Assembly (NCBI GenBank): GCA_050575255.1
Contig: JBNZDD010013683.1
Location: 2,907,928 to 2,971,927 of the forward strand
Direction: 5' to 3'
Source of the DNA: Harriotta raleighana
Lineage: Eukaryota
DNA: 64,000 nucleotides
The notes below the pieces were generated by a model. The model had not been told where the DNA came from, searched no databases, and was given only the letters and a program-made list of their open reading frames with translations. The translations under genes were made by a program, and so were the position numbers. Position 1 is the first letter of the stretch. Every line of letters begins with the position of its first letter. Shown here piece by piece: positions 37,094-49,700 of this stretch.

Positions 37094-37866
37094 AGTGTTC
37101 TGAACTATTGCTTCAGTAAAGGTTGACATATTATTGGAATCCAATTGCAGTCTGTGCTTACCCAAGCTTCTTAATTCAAGCAAATGACTGCAAGAGATTA
37201 TTTTCATCAAGCAATGACCTTATTCACTCTTCGAAATGCTACAGAATAAATATTATATATTGCATCCATTCCCCCTAAAACTACCCTCCACTTGAAATAA
37301 AATTTGCCAAAAATAATGCAACTAACCATTGGCTGCAAAGTGAGCTATGCTCTGTGGCCAACATCACAGAAGTTTTCAATGAAGTCTATTCCTGGCTGTT
37401 CCAGGAACTAAACCTCTCAGAAAAATGTCACCAATCATCCGGCAATGAATCTTTGACAGTGACACCTCCACATCATGTAAAATTTGGAAGCCAGGGGTAT
37501 ACCATGCTTAATAAGTACTGTGTTGTGACCAAACTATACTAAAGCAATACCTTTGATCTGGCTTCTTACTCGAGCTCTTTTGTGGAGGCCAAGTGAAGGA
37601 AACGTATGGGATGCAATCCAAATGATAACTATTCAAACAGATGTACACTGCCTAGTGACAGTGCTCTATTATAAGCAGGGTTCACCTTTGCCAAAGAGCA
37701 TGGTGTGTGCAAGCCATTGGGTGAAAGTTTGTGTGTTGTGTTGTCCTTGATGGAAATAATCTCTTGCCGTCATTTGCTTGAATGAAGGAGCTTGGGTAAG
37801 AAAGAACGAGCTGCAATTGGATTCCAATAATATGTCAACCTTTAATGAGGTGAATGTTCTGCACAC
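37094..37866. mobile_element. Old non-autonomous DNA transposon or foldback with ~110-bp inverted repeats
   Basis: TAAAGGTTGACATATTATTGGAATCCAATTGCAG..CTTACCCAAGCT..ATTCAAGCAAATGAC.GCAAGAGATTATTT.CATCAAG at about 37117-37211 is reverse-complemented at about 37746-37844. Confidence 0.7.
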
Positions 37867-39128
37867 GTTTTATCCATATGAATAGTGTACTATTGTTTAT
37901 TCTGTGCTCAAGTCATTTGAGCTGGCTGCGATGTTTTCCACAGAACCTGGAACATGAGAGTTCATTGCACCAAGGAGATCCTGAAATAGGAAAACAGGGA
38001 TGTGAATTAACCATTGTCTGTGCTCAACTATCTATGAGAGTGATTCAGAGAGCAAGGAGCATTTTGATACTGAAACAGAGATCTAATTTTGGAGAGGAAA
38101 AGACAATATTTCCTTTTTTAGAACTCCATGAGTGCAGAGGGAATTCTCAGTGCAGTGTTGTCAGCAGCATTTAGAACATAGGGTGGGATGGTAAAGTCCG
38201 CAATACAGAAAGCCAATTATAAACATAGGCATTGGAGAAGCAGTTTGTGATTGGAGTGAGAGATGTATGGCGTGTTCCAAGGTCGAGATTCAATGAAATG
38301 GACAGAAACAGTTAATAAAATTTAATATTTAAAAAAGTCCATCAATTGTTTCATTGTCCATACACTGTGGAGTTTTTGTTGCTGCTTAGGAAGCAGGAGG
38401 ATTAATCAGGTATGCTCAAGACGTCTAACTTCCAGAATGAAAAACAAACTATGCTTATTGTTAGTTGTTGCTCGAGTGGCTTGGAGCAGAACGAAGCCGC
38501 CATTCTAGTTGAAATAAGATATTATTTCAGATATGCTATTTAATTAGAATTATAGAACTGATACAAGCCCACAAACTAATCCTTTTTCTGCATTCCTTTC
38601 TTCGCCATAAAAAAGTAGAAACATAGATCAACAGTATATATTATATAATCGACCAGGATCCACTATTAAGGCAATCAAAGTAGGAGAAACAAGTAGAATT
38701 CACGTAAGACAGTGGATCCTGTTATGCTACTACCTTGCATGATAAACTGTCTTCTGAGAATCTAAATAACAAATCCAATGCCTACAGAAATGACAAATCT
38801 ATCACCCTTTCTCTTTCTAGAATCTGTAATTAGAGTTGATTTTCTCTGAGGTTTTCCTGTAAGCATTGCCAGGTTTTTAAATCGGGTGTAAAATGAAATT
38901 GACTGTTTCAATGGATATAGGCACACAGCATGGCAGAAGTGCAGTTGGCAATTTAGTCTTCTCACCAAGTTATGTGATTTAAACCCACACAGAGAACAAT
39001 AAGTTTTGGGGGAAAAAAAGTCAAATAGTTCTAAATGCTAAACAGGCAGTTTCTTTTCTCATCAAATCCCAAGGCGATAAATGTCTGAAGTAAATTTGAT
39101 AGAACCTGCTGGTTTCAAAAGACCGTAC

Positions 39129-39251
39129 CTGAACTCTGTGGGGTTTTTCTTCCAACCGCGGCTGGATATTATACATTTATATGCTGTTGTTTTCTTTGAG
39201 GAATTTTGCCTTGTGTGGAGTCACGGCTTTACTACATTGCAGGAGAAGTTT
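39129..39251 (-). pseudogene. DNMT1-like exon remnant: DMAP1-binding domain
   Basis: Acceptor accag|AAA and donor CAG|GTACGG; 123 nt, phase 0-0. KAKFLKENNSI*MYNIQPRLEEKPHR ~ [26 protein letters not shown]. Confidence 0.5.
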
Positions 39252-40544
39252 CTGGTGTCAAGATACATTCGAGAGGCAGTGAAACAAAGAGGTATGTAAC
39301 ATAAAATTGAATTTGCCAGTGACTGTAAAATTATACTAGTTTATTCTATTGTCCGAGCATTAATGGCTTCATCTTCCCTTTTGACATCAATCAGTACGGT
39401 AGTGGCTTTAATGGAAGAAATAACCAGACAATTTTCTTTTGGGCCTAAAGCTCTTAACTTTGCAGTTACATAAAATGAGGCAAATGCACAGTTGCTCTTT
39501 GAACATGGAGGTTACCTCCCTCAGTGCAAACTTTAACAAGTTCGCAGTCCAAACACAGCTAATGCCAGCTGGAGTCTATTAAACTCTTTGTGAAGTGAAT
39601 TTTCTGCAGCTTTAGAGACCACAAACAGGATGGTGAAATTTGTATAGGCAAGGCCTGCTAGAATATAGGTATGTACCATTTTCATATGTTTTTACAAAAA
39701 GGGAAGAAAAATAATCTTGCCTGCCTCAGTACAACATCAGCACATCATTTAAAGCAGTCAGTGATATTGTGTGTCAACATTTGTTTTTAATTTTGTTATC
39801 TCCTACAGAAATATTGACTGAGATGAACAAAAGGAACTGTGTGCATCTAATTCTTCACCGCTCAATTCAGTTTACGTAACTTAAATGCTAAGTGGAATTT
39901 TGCCCACAAAATACAGTCAATCCACTTCACAATATATTCCGTGAAGCACTTTGACATGTCTGAACGACACGATAAGGTGCTCTATCAAATGCGAGGATCA
40001 TTATTAATATTATTAATATACTGTAGATAGATTGGGCTTGACTGTGTTGCTCTTGTGGAAATCTGAATTTAAAGTTGAGAAGATAATTAATTCCATTCCT
40101 AAACTTGCAAACACAGCACAGATTAGCTAAGTGTGGCAATGAGATGGAACCTTTATCCCTGGGATGTCCATGCTGCTGGACAATGTTAAATATATAACTT
40201 CAATAAGAAATCCACTGCCCTGTGTTTGTGCAGTTTGTTTGATGATTAGTTTCCTGCATGGTTGGTGTCTGTAATTTTCAGACCGCTTATCAGGTTTTAG
40301 ATAATCTGGAGTTCTTGCATTTAGTTAGAAGTTGATCCATTGCATTGCTGAACTTGCAATGCAATTTTTTTTAAGAAACTATCAGTTTTCAGCTACAAAT
40401 ACAAGTTCAGAGTAATTGTTTGGTATTAGAAATTTGAGAAGAAACCGTATTACAGTATATGTAACTCTTTTGATATCTCGAGGATTCAAGGTAATATTCA
40501 GTGCAACGTTAAACTCTGTTGGGCTGTGTTTGTGTGTGCTAGAC

Positions 40545-40770
40545 TCAGCAAGGCCAACAGCAGCTGGGATGCTATAATTGACCTCAGTGCCCATGGCCTA
40601 GGGAGGGGAACATAAGTCAACGCACTTGAACTGGATTGCTATCCAGTGACGGATGCTGGAAAGTGTACATGTGGGGATCTCAGCTGTTGGCCAGATTGGG
40701 TTCGTCTGCATTGCCCTGCCTGGTTGAATATCTTTTCGGGCACTCCCTGTCTGGTTCACACAACCAGAGA
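40545..40770 (+). mobile_element. LF-SINE-like ancient repeat fragment
   Basis: GACCTCAGTGCCCATGGCCTAGGGAGGGG..GATTGCTATCCAGTGAC..TGCTGGAAAGTG. A second copy lies at 62230-62500. Confidence 0.55.
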
Positions 40771-40957
40771 GGTGGCTTTCTTAAGAGCTGCTAATAGTCA
40801 CAAGATTACAAGCCACCAGGAGAAGACAGAGCAATTGGCAAAACCATGTCAGGACCAACAACTACAACAACTTGCATTTATATCGTGCCCTCCACGCTGG
40901 GCGGCATCTAGGAGCTCTTAAAAAAACCCAATGACAATAGTGTAGAGCAAAACTTAC

Positions 40958-41110
40958 TTATTTTTGTTTAGGAAGAATATACCATCGTTGTTTACCTTTG
41001 AAACGTAAAAGACCCGATGTTGAAATGGAGGCGTGCAGTAAACATGGTTTCTTTAATTTGTTCCTGATAAATTTGTCCCAAATGTGTATTTCACGTCATG
41101 TTACACTTGC
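40958..41110 (-). other. Candidate upstream exon of the DNMT1-like gene (5' UTR or decayed coding)
   Basis: Acceptor ctcccacag and donor AA|GTAAGT; 153 nt with stops in all frames and no recognisable homology. Confidence 0.3.
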
Positions 41111-44100
41111 CTGTGGGAGCACATAATTATGTACCTCACTATCATTCAGATGGAGGGATACATTATGATAAAAATTGTTAATCCCTGAATTTGATATAGC
41201 GTATTTCATGTTGAGTGAATGTCTTGAAACACTTCACTGGATTCATAATACATAATAGTACCACAGCTTGCTGATATTCAATCAATCAATCAAAATTACA
41301 TTTATATAACGCCTTTCACGTTCTGAGGACGTCCCAAGGCTCTGTACAGTCAAGTAGGGATCAGAGCAGTGGGGNAATTACATTTATATAACGCCTTTCA
41401 CGTTGTGAGGACGTCCCAAGGTGCTGTACAGTCAAGTAGGGATCAGAGCAGTGGGGGCAGGTGTCGGGGGTAGGAAGGTAGGAAAAATTGACGGTATATT
41501 TGTGGACGAAAACGCGGCAGCACAATTGCGCACAGATATTGAGTGAAACCTAGACACCATTTTTACTCCCAATCTGAAACTGCGCATTGAATAAGATGAT
41601 TTAATATAATACATGCAATAAGAAAACCTGTTTGTGTCCTGCAGGACTGAGTTGGTTGCACACGTCTCTGTGTTGGTCTACAAATACACAATACCTGAAT
41701 GCTTCACCTCCTGTTAGTTGGCTAGCACTGTACATGGTAAAAATGTTCAATAGAGAAAGTAAATTTTTAAATGCCTTAGGGGAAAATAAGTATTTGGGGG
41801 TGACTGAGTAACACTTAGAAGAATATATTTGCACCTCAACACTTTAAAAAAAAATCAGCCTTGGCTTTTTTCACATAAATAATAATTTATGTGAAAAATC
41901 GTTAAATTTGCTGTAGCACCTTTCACATCCGGAGGACGTCCCAAAGCACTTCACAGGAACATAACTTAACTGCAATATCAATTGTAGAATATAGCAATAA
42001 ATACTGGGCATTGGTTTTGATTGAGCAGCAAGTTAACTTTGTAAACTTCACTCGAAAATAGGTCCTTTTATATTACTCCTTTTTTTGTTTTTTCTAATTC
42101 TTTCATTTTTGCTTTTGGCATCTTACACCCTGGATTTGCAGGCTATTTTTCTAGTTACTGAATTTCCCTGCTAAAGGCCTTTGATTTATTATGCTTGACA
42201 TATGGTAAGAATGTTCACTGTCTCTAGAGTTTGGATGGATAATAAAGCACCAACTAGTCAGAAATGTGGGGCAATATATCTTAATATAAAACGTGTTAAA
42301 ACCTTTGTTAAAGTTTTAATTGAAGAGACTCGTGCTGAGGCAATGATGTAACAGTAAATGACAATCGCTTTGTCCTCTGATTCCTACCACTTCTTGATAC
42401 ACTCACTGACATTACAAATACAAATTTCTATTGATTTGAAGGGGGCTTTTTAAAAATAACAATAAGAGTGGGATAAAGTCAAAGGACTCGCTGCTCCAAC
42501 TTATTTATTATTTTCACAATAGAATCTCGGAATTATTCGTAACAAATATTTAGTTTGGAACAGCCTGTCTCTCTGAGATAAAGAAATTCATCTGAAACAG
42601 AGTGAGCTTTAGTTAGTGCTACATGGATACATCCCAAATGATTGACACACACTATTGGCAGTGCAATGCATCCATATTTAGAGACACTTTTTCATCAGGC
42701 TTCCTTTTTTTACGGAAAGTATTTGTCAATTCTTCCTGAGCGGAGCAGTTAATTTTGGATGGAGAGTTCACTTCTAATGTTATTTTTATGATGAAATGTC
42801 ATTGGGACAACTTGAAAATAGGAAGCCTTCATACTGAGCTATAGAACGATAGACATTTATAGCACAATATAACTCAATAAAAATAAAATCCTTTCCATTT
42901 CCCTTTTTGCTCCCCTGTTAACTATCTTAAATTGATGATTAACAATCACTGACTCATCAACCGAGTGGAAATAATGTCCCCCTAACTACTCTCTCTTCAT
43001 ATCTAAATATATACATATCTAATACACTGAGCTAGTTTAAGCTGTGACCAATATAACTGCTTTAACAGGGAGTGTAGTCCACATATCCACTACTCTGTAG
43101 GGACAGCAGAGGGCTAGATACTGCTTACAGCAAGAACTGTCTAATTTCTGAATGGATTTTGCCTGCTGTTTACAACAACTGCCAAGTAGAGTGATTTTGA
43201 TGCAAGTGCTAAAATTGGATTTAATGTTTTCCTGCTGAAGGAGCGGAATAGTGTGGTTTTTATGGGACAATAGGATTTGCTGAACTCCTGGAAAAATATC
43301 ACCGGGAGCGAAACAGCCCTCGCCATCCACAAAGATCCCAAATTTGATTCCTTACTTGTTTTAAGTTTGCTGATCTCATCTGGTAACAGAACTAGGTGCC
43401 ACAGTGAACCTGAGTGTCCTTGGAAAGAATTAAGAAAAGTCGTTCCCACCTCCCACTCACTGCACAATACACAAGTTGTAGTTGATCCCTGAAATTGTGT
43501 GTGTATGGATGTACATGGAGAATAGCAATAAGGGCAAACTACTGGAGGGATAATATCTCTCATAGGATCATATCTCAGCCTGATTTGGTGCTTTTAGGAG
43601 TGAGGTGTGGGAGAGGGAGGGTGGGGAGGGGATGGTGTGGAGATGGGGGTGAGAGGTAGAATGACTGAACTTTCTAATCATTTTCCTTTTTTTTAATGTC
43701 AAGGACAGCAATTCATAAAAGCGCAACGTCCTCTCTGACACAACTGGAGTCCTGTCTTAGTTGTGCAGCTCTCTCTTCAGCTGCCTGATTGAATAGCATT
43801 CCTAGGGTCTGGTAAGGAACATTGTGAACCAGCTTTCACTTGCTGTGCAGTGCAGGCAATCTGTATAAACTGTCCTTACTGCTTGTCGTGGCTAATTATA
43901 TATATATATATATATATACACAGTATATATATTTATATCGAGAAAGACAGCTAAGAAATGACACAAGGTCACTTAGCCCGTCAAACCTGTCTCTTTCACC
44001 ATGAACGATGTCAGGGTCTTGGTTTAATCTGTTTAATATACTCCAGTAAGGATGTTTCTGTAGTTTTATTCCACTGTCCCTAAAGCAAATCTCCAGAGCA

Positions 44101-44582
44101 GTGAGCTAGTCATCCATCTTGCATTGAACATCTTCACTGCTTGCCTTCCTTGGGTGACATTCACATGATCCAGCGGTATTCAATCACGTGTGTTTGTATT
44201 TATCCTTGTAATCCTTAGATTTTTCCTCAATCAAGTATGTAATGTGTTCTTTTTTAAAACATGTGTCAATTGACACAGTGTTAATTGCTATATTGGAGTT
44301 TATTGCACTTTTTTGGGGGGGGTAAAGAACTAAAAATCACAAGGCTTAATGAGAGTGCATTAACCCTTAAAGTGTCTGATGTGTATTTATATCCTATTCT
44401 GTGAGAGGCAACCAATCTGGCCTATGTTTGCTATTTTTATCCTTTTATTCTGAACACATTCAAAATTAAATAGCTAGCTTTCATCTGTATTCTGAATAGC
44501 TCTCAGCATCTAGGTCATTTAGCTTTACATCTGTCTGTTCAGTTTATATAACAATCCTAATGATACTAATCATTGCATTTGT

Positions 44583-44862
44583 TAATAATAACTCTTATAT
44601 TTGATATGGCACTTTTCACATCTTCTAGACGTCTCAAAGCGCTTCACAGAATCTCCTGTAAACTGTATATTTTATAGGCTAAATGTGGCAGCCAACTGCG
44701 TACAGCAGTGTCCCACAAACAGTCATGAATTGAAGAGATCAATTTATTATTGTTGCTTTTTCTTGAGAGATTATTATCAGGCCTGTGGAGTAAGCAAACT
44801 TGCCTAAGGTTTCGGCCTGTCGGGATTCGAGCCCACTTGTGTGGTGAATGCTCTAACCACTG
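44583..44862 (-). mobile_element. Near full-length SINE
   Basis: Tail, core and partial tRNA head (CAGTGGTTAGAGCA) on the reverse strand. Confidence 0.85.
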
Positions 44863-46759
44863 ACGTATAACAATCAAATGCCTCAAAGCAGTTCACTGGT
44901 AATTGCTGCAATCTGTAGGTAATTCCTCTATTCGTAGGTGAATAAGGTGACCAATTTGTACACGGTTATATTCCGCATACAGCCACATGCCATACAGTCA
45001 TCTCCTTTTAAGTAGTCTCATAAGATCTTTGACATCTACCCTAAACAGGATGGCAGGGTATAAATTGAATTTCTCATCTGAAGGACTGCACATTCAACTG
45101 TGCAATAATCCCCCATTACTGTACTGGATTGCCAACCTATACCATGAGCTAGAAGTCAAGGTTGTTTTGTATACCAATGCTGTTTATGGGTACCCTTTGC
45201 TTTGGAATAACTAAGATATGTTTAATTTGCAACCAACTGTTGAGCCATTGCCCATAAATAAATGGTACCTAAAACTAAAGAGAATCCCCTAAAATTCAAA
45301 CTGATTTTCATTGGAGAAAATCAGATGACTTTATAGTTTGGTTCTTTAAAATGCTGAATAGGAAGGATAATGGAAATGCAAATAGGTTATTTGAGTTGAA
45401 ATATATTGCAAAATTAGAGGTCATGGACACAAATTTCCAGCAACTCTAAGGATTAGAATTGTTTTCCTCACAAAGTAGTAGATGTTGAGCAGGAATCCCA
45501 TGAAAATGCTGCTCCCATAAACTCCTTTAAAATCCTTTATATTTAGCCTAAACAGGTTTATGATGAAGTATAAAAAGTTTAACATAGTAGACGAACAAGT
45601 AGGTGTATATGCTTGTACATATGTGTATGAACTATTTTACTGGAGCAAAGGGAATGACCAGGAAATCTGTTCTCTATTACAGCCAAACCTTAATTATTCA
45701 TTAGGACAGGAAAAAGTGTTACCCGATGTAAGGATTGGTAAACTGACTCGAGTCCTTAAGATACTTTACTCAGAGTATCAAATGAAAGAATTCAACACCA
45801 TAAAGTATTGTTGCATGGGTCTTGTATAGTTGAGGTTCTGAAATATTAATTTAAATTCTACTATACAGTTCCAATTTTTAAAGTGGCATTGCTAAAGATT
45901 CAAATACTATACACTAATTGCAAGGTAATTCAACGACTAACTCTGAACTTTATGAGTCTGATCATGGAAATCACCTACCAATAATAACTTATCTAAATGA
46001 TATTTAAGTTTGTGCATTGATGAAGATAACGTATGGTTGGTTCACTGCTAGAAAAGTCACTGGTTTTAGACTGATTTTGAATATACATTTGAAGTACCAG
46101 CCAAAAGGAACAAGCCAGTATATGACTGGAACAACACAAGAAGATTGCCAACTATGCTTTCGAATTGGAAGCTGTACAGCTGAGCTCTGTTAAATTTAGA
46201 ATGTTGCTGTTTTGCACTCTCATATAAGGACGTGTTACATTACCAGTTTCGATACTACTGAACCTGGCAATAATATTCTCTTCAAACACATCTGCTACCC
46301 ATTTAGATATTTTTAAACCCCAGAAACGTAAGTGTGCCTAGATGAAATCTGTTTCTGTTCTTCTATACTGATGTGAGCTGAGTAAACAGGTAAAGAACAT
46401 TCTCACCCCAAACGTCTTTGCTTGACCTCCTCGATCTTTCCTCATCTAACCCGAATCCCCTGTAAAGGCTATTAATTACAAGTTCTGTTACAATTTCAAT
46501 ATGCTTTTCTCCCTTTTTAGGAATTTCTCACTTTGAGCACTCCCTGTTCATTGCATTCACAGGTTAGTCACCCAGTCTACAAAGCAGCCGCCAATGACTT
46601 ATTGTACTATAGCTCGTCCTCAGGACTTTACACTGTCTAGAATCATAGGAAAAGTACATGTAGTGAAAGTTGAAGAGGTTTTCATTTTCAAAGAGTTAAA
46701 CCACGAGTCTGGATAAGGACTCGCTTTTCGTCTAATGGTGTAATGCACACATTTCTGAC

Positions 46760-49700
46760 ACTCAATTCTGCACAGTTTATTTAGAGTGATCACTTTATTT
46801 TATCATTGCACATTTTCCCCTTTTCACAACATTTCTAATATTGCTGATTGTAATGGATATGAACATAGAAATTGGTTTCCTTTACAAAACAAGAGGGTCC
46901 CAAAAAGCCCATTTATAATAGCACCCAAATAAATAGAACATTTAAAAATATTTACACATTGGTGCCAAGGAAGAAATTATAAAACAGACTGCATCATGCA
47001 ATGCAAAATTGCCTCCAGGAATCATGTAAAACATGGATATCAAGGAAAGGTTCAGGAATGAGGTGATAACAGAATATACATTGTAGTCAAATAAATATGG
47101 AAATATGTAATTCCTAGTTCAAAAACAGTACTGATGGGCCAGTGTACTTGTATTTAACATTTCCTTTGCAAATCTAGCAGTATGCAAGCTAACCTCAAGA
47201 TAATAATATTTTGTCTTTGAATTATACACTGCAGAATATCTAACGTAGTTGTGATTCTTCTGGATTCTTGATCACTGTCAGTTTAGCATAATATTTTATA
47301 CTTTATGGTCTGTACATTCAACATATTTGAATGACTTGATTTCCGAATGACTATTTCCTTTATGTACATAGCAACTACCTCTGATCTTTTGCTAGGGCAG
47401 CTCCTGAATATACCCTTACTTTACCCCTATTAACTAGGTCACAAAAGCAAGAGGTTATTATTATCTATTTATCTACATTTGTGAAAAAATATATTACTTT
47501 TTCACTACAGTACTTTTCACTGAATCAGCTTTTACAGTGTGATTTTGCAAACAGCAAATTTTTGTAAGTAAGGCTTTATAATACTTTTTTTGTAAAAAAA
47601 ATAGTGACTTTGGTATTTTTGCCTATTTCAATTGATAACATTTTCATAGAAAATTGCTTTAAAACTTGCTGTTTATGCATTCCAAGCAAGGAAATGTGTT
47701 ATAAAGTGATATTCTGTATAATAGTTTATATACCATTTGTGATTACTCGGAACAGTTCCTTTAAGTGGCAATACAGTTAAACTGGAGGAAACCAGAACAC
47801 TTGCAAACACACATTTTCTATTTAAATTGTAAAATATTTACAAGTTGAAGCAATTACTCCCAGGTTTGTGTATCACATTAATGCATGTATTCCAACAAAC
47901 AGCTTGCATACATGATTCCAGCTTCAAATTATTCCATTGGTTTAGGAGCTGAGCTGCTAAACAACTATTTGAATAATTTACTGTATTAGATTGCTTTTCT
48001 CACGTTGCTACTCATTCACAATCCTGCTACCTCCACCCACTGTGTCCTTGTTTATGTATAGATGCTTCTGCAGCTAGTTCTAGTTGTAATACTTCCATTA
48101 CAGAAATGACATTTGAAGAAGTATTAGATATTTTATTTGCTATTTTTATGCTGGGTCGTATAAAATGTTTCTATGCCTGTGTATACGCCCAGACTATACA
48201 TTTAAATAGCAAATTGGATGCTTAAATTCTATCCATGCTATAAGACAAGTTTTATACAGGCGTAATTGCAGTCTGCTAATTCAGCTTCTTTGAACTTTAG
48301 GCGCATCTTCATAATGTTAGCAACAACAGGCAATATTGTTAACAAATTGCAATTGATCACCCACAATAATAAAATTTTACAGAGTATCTTATATTGTGGA
48401 CCTCAGGATACACTGGCTGTTAAACTTTACACTAAATGGGTATAAATTCCAGTGAATGTTACATGTTGTAGCTTTGGCGATCCATGATTTTAATGGGAAA
48501 TTCCATCAGTGGCTGACACCGCCAAGTGCCTTAAGCATAACCCTCACAGGAATATTTCCTTTAAGTGCAGCTATCATGATGATACATGTTTAAAATGACA
48601 ATATTTCCATTATAAAAAGTTGCTGTGCAAACTAAGAACATAGGATTGTACAGGACTGGAAAGGACCATTGTATTCAAGTGACCAGTAAAAAAACAAGGA
48701 AAAACAAAGTTGTACACTATTACATCTCTTTTGTTTTGGTGCTAACTGGGCTGACTTTGACGATGCGCACTTAACAAAGAATTTCCTATTTTAAGTGCCC
48801 ACTAAGTCACTGCATTTATAGGCAAGCAAAATATCTTCCTCAAACTTACATATGGAAACATAACTACGAAAGTACTTATATGATTAGATTGTGACATTTA
48901 CAACAACAACTTGGATTTAGAAGACAAGACGTTTATAATGATTCATCTCTGGAAAGTAGAAATATAATTAACAAGCTAGAATTTACATGTGTTAAAACAT
49001 AACATATGTAAGTATATTCTATACCTCTATATACAGGTAACAGAAGATTACTCTTATTGGTGTATACTTAAAAAGGAGAAAGAAAAATTAAAAGTATTCA
49101 CAAAAATACTCCTCTATTTGAAGTTAAAAACGGAGCAGTGAGTTGTGCTTGAATACATGGAATACGCTCATGATAAAATAAATTTCCTCACTGAAATCTC
49201 TCTAGGAGGAATTCATGTTAGTTGATAGAATTGACTTATGACTGAGTGGAGGCCTGTAGAAGTATCATAAGCTATCCCTAGATCATGGTGAAAATCAAAA
49301 CCCAGATTCATGTGTCTCCATGAAAGCAAAACTAATTAATTTAAAAATAAATATAAATAAATATATATATATATATATAATATATGGGGGATTATCTCCA
49401 TTGGATATTCCTTCTCTTTTTAGGAAACCTGATACTGTTTCTGATTCACTTCTGATCAGTTATTTGAATTAACATTCACAGGTACTTAAATGTTTGTACC
49501 CCTTTGGTAAAACTGTTCAGAATGCAGTTTTCACGTATTTGTTCCTGAGGGTACTGTTCCATTTTGCATGTAAATTTGATTTCCTGATCAATTTCCTTCA
49601 TACAGAGTGGCATATACAATGATGAGATTCATTCAAATTGTCACAGCACTAAACTTTGCTTCAGAATTGGGGCTCAATCTATTTATTAAGAAATACATAG

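Larger units (their letters stand above)
1818..39251 (-). pseudogene. DNMT1-like: Decayed multi-exon DNA (cytosine-5)-methyltransferase 1-like paralogue (DMAP1-binding, RFTS, BAH1, BAH2, MTase), with many stops and frameshifts
   Basis: More than 10 separate splice-site-bounded minus-strand segments match successive DNMT1 regions in collinear order. Examples: LEEKPHRVQ|VTAE*ISEHTVCSFLNPYL ~ [36 protein letters not shown] ~ EGGVNGKN; LQTFHSKV ~ [16 protein letters not shown] ~ YRPENTHK; FWLFNPGSSIL ~ [20 protein letters not shown] ~ TLRCLVRMGY. Alignments are by eye. Confidence 0.78.

Noticed and set aside
43590-43660. G-rich tract as a possible promoter or G-quadruplex of the DNMT1-like gene
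   Set aside because: There is no CpG island or other support, and similar G-rich tracts occur in L2 tails in this window (for example 13326-13375).
46521-46562. Plus-strand exon-like segment (tttttag|GAA..CAG|GTTAGT), and a plus-strand acceptor at about 53393
   Set aside because: No partner exons or coherent reading frame. An antisense non-coding transcript cannot be supported from sequence alone.
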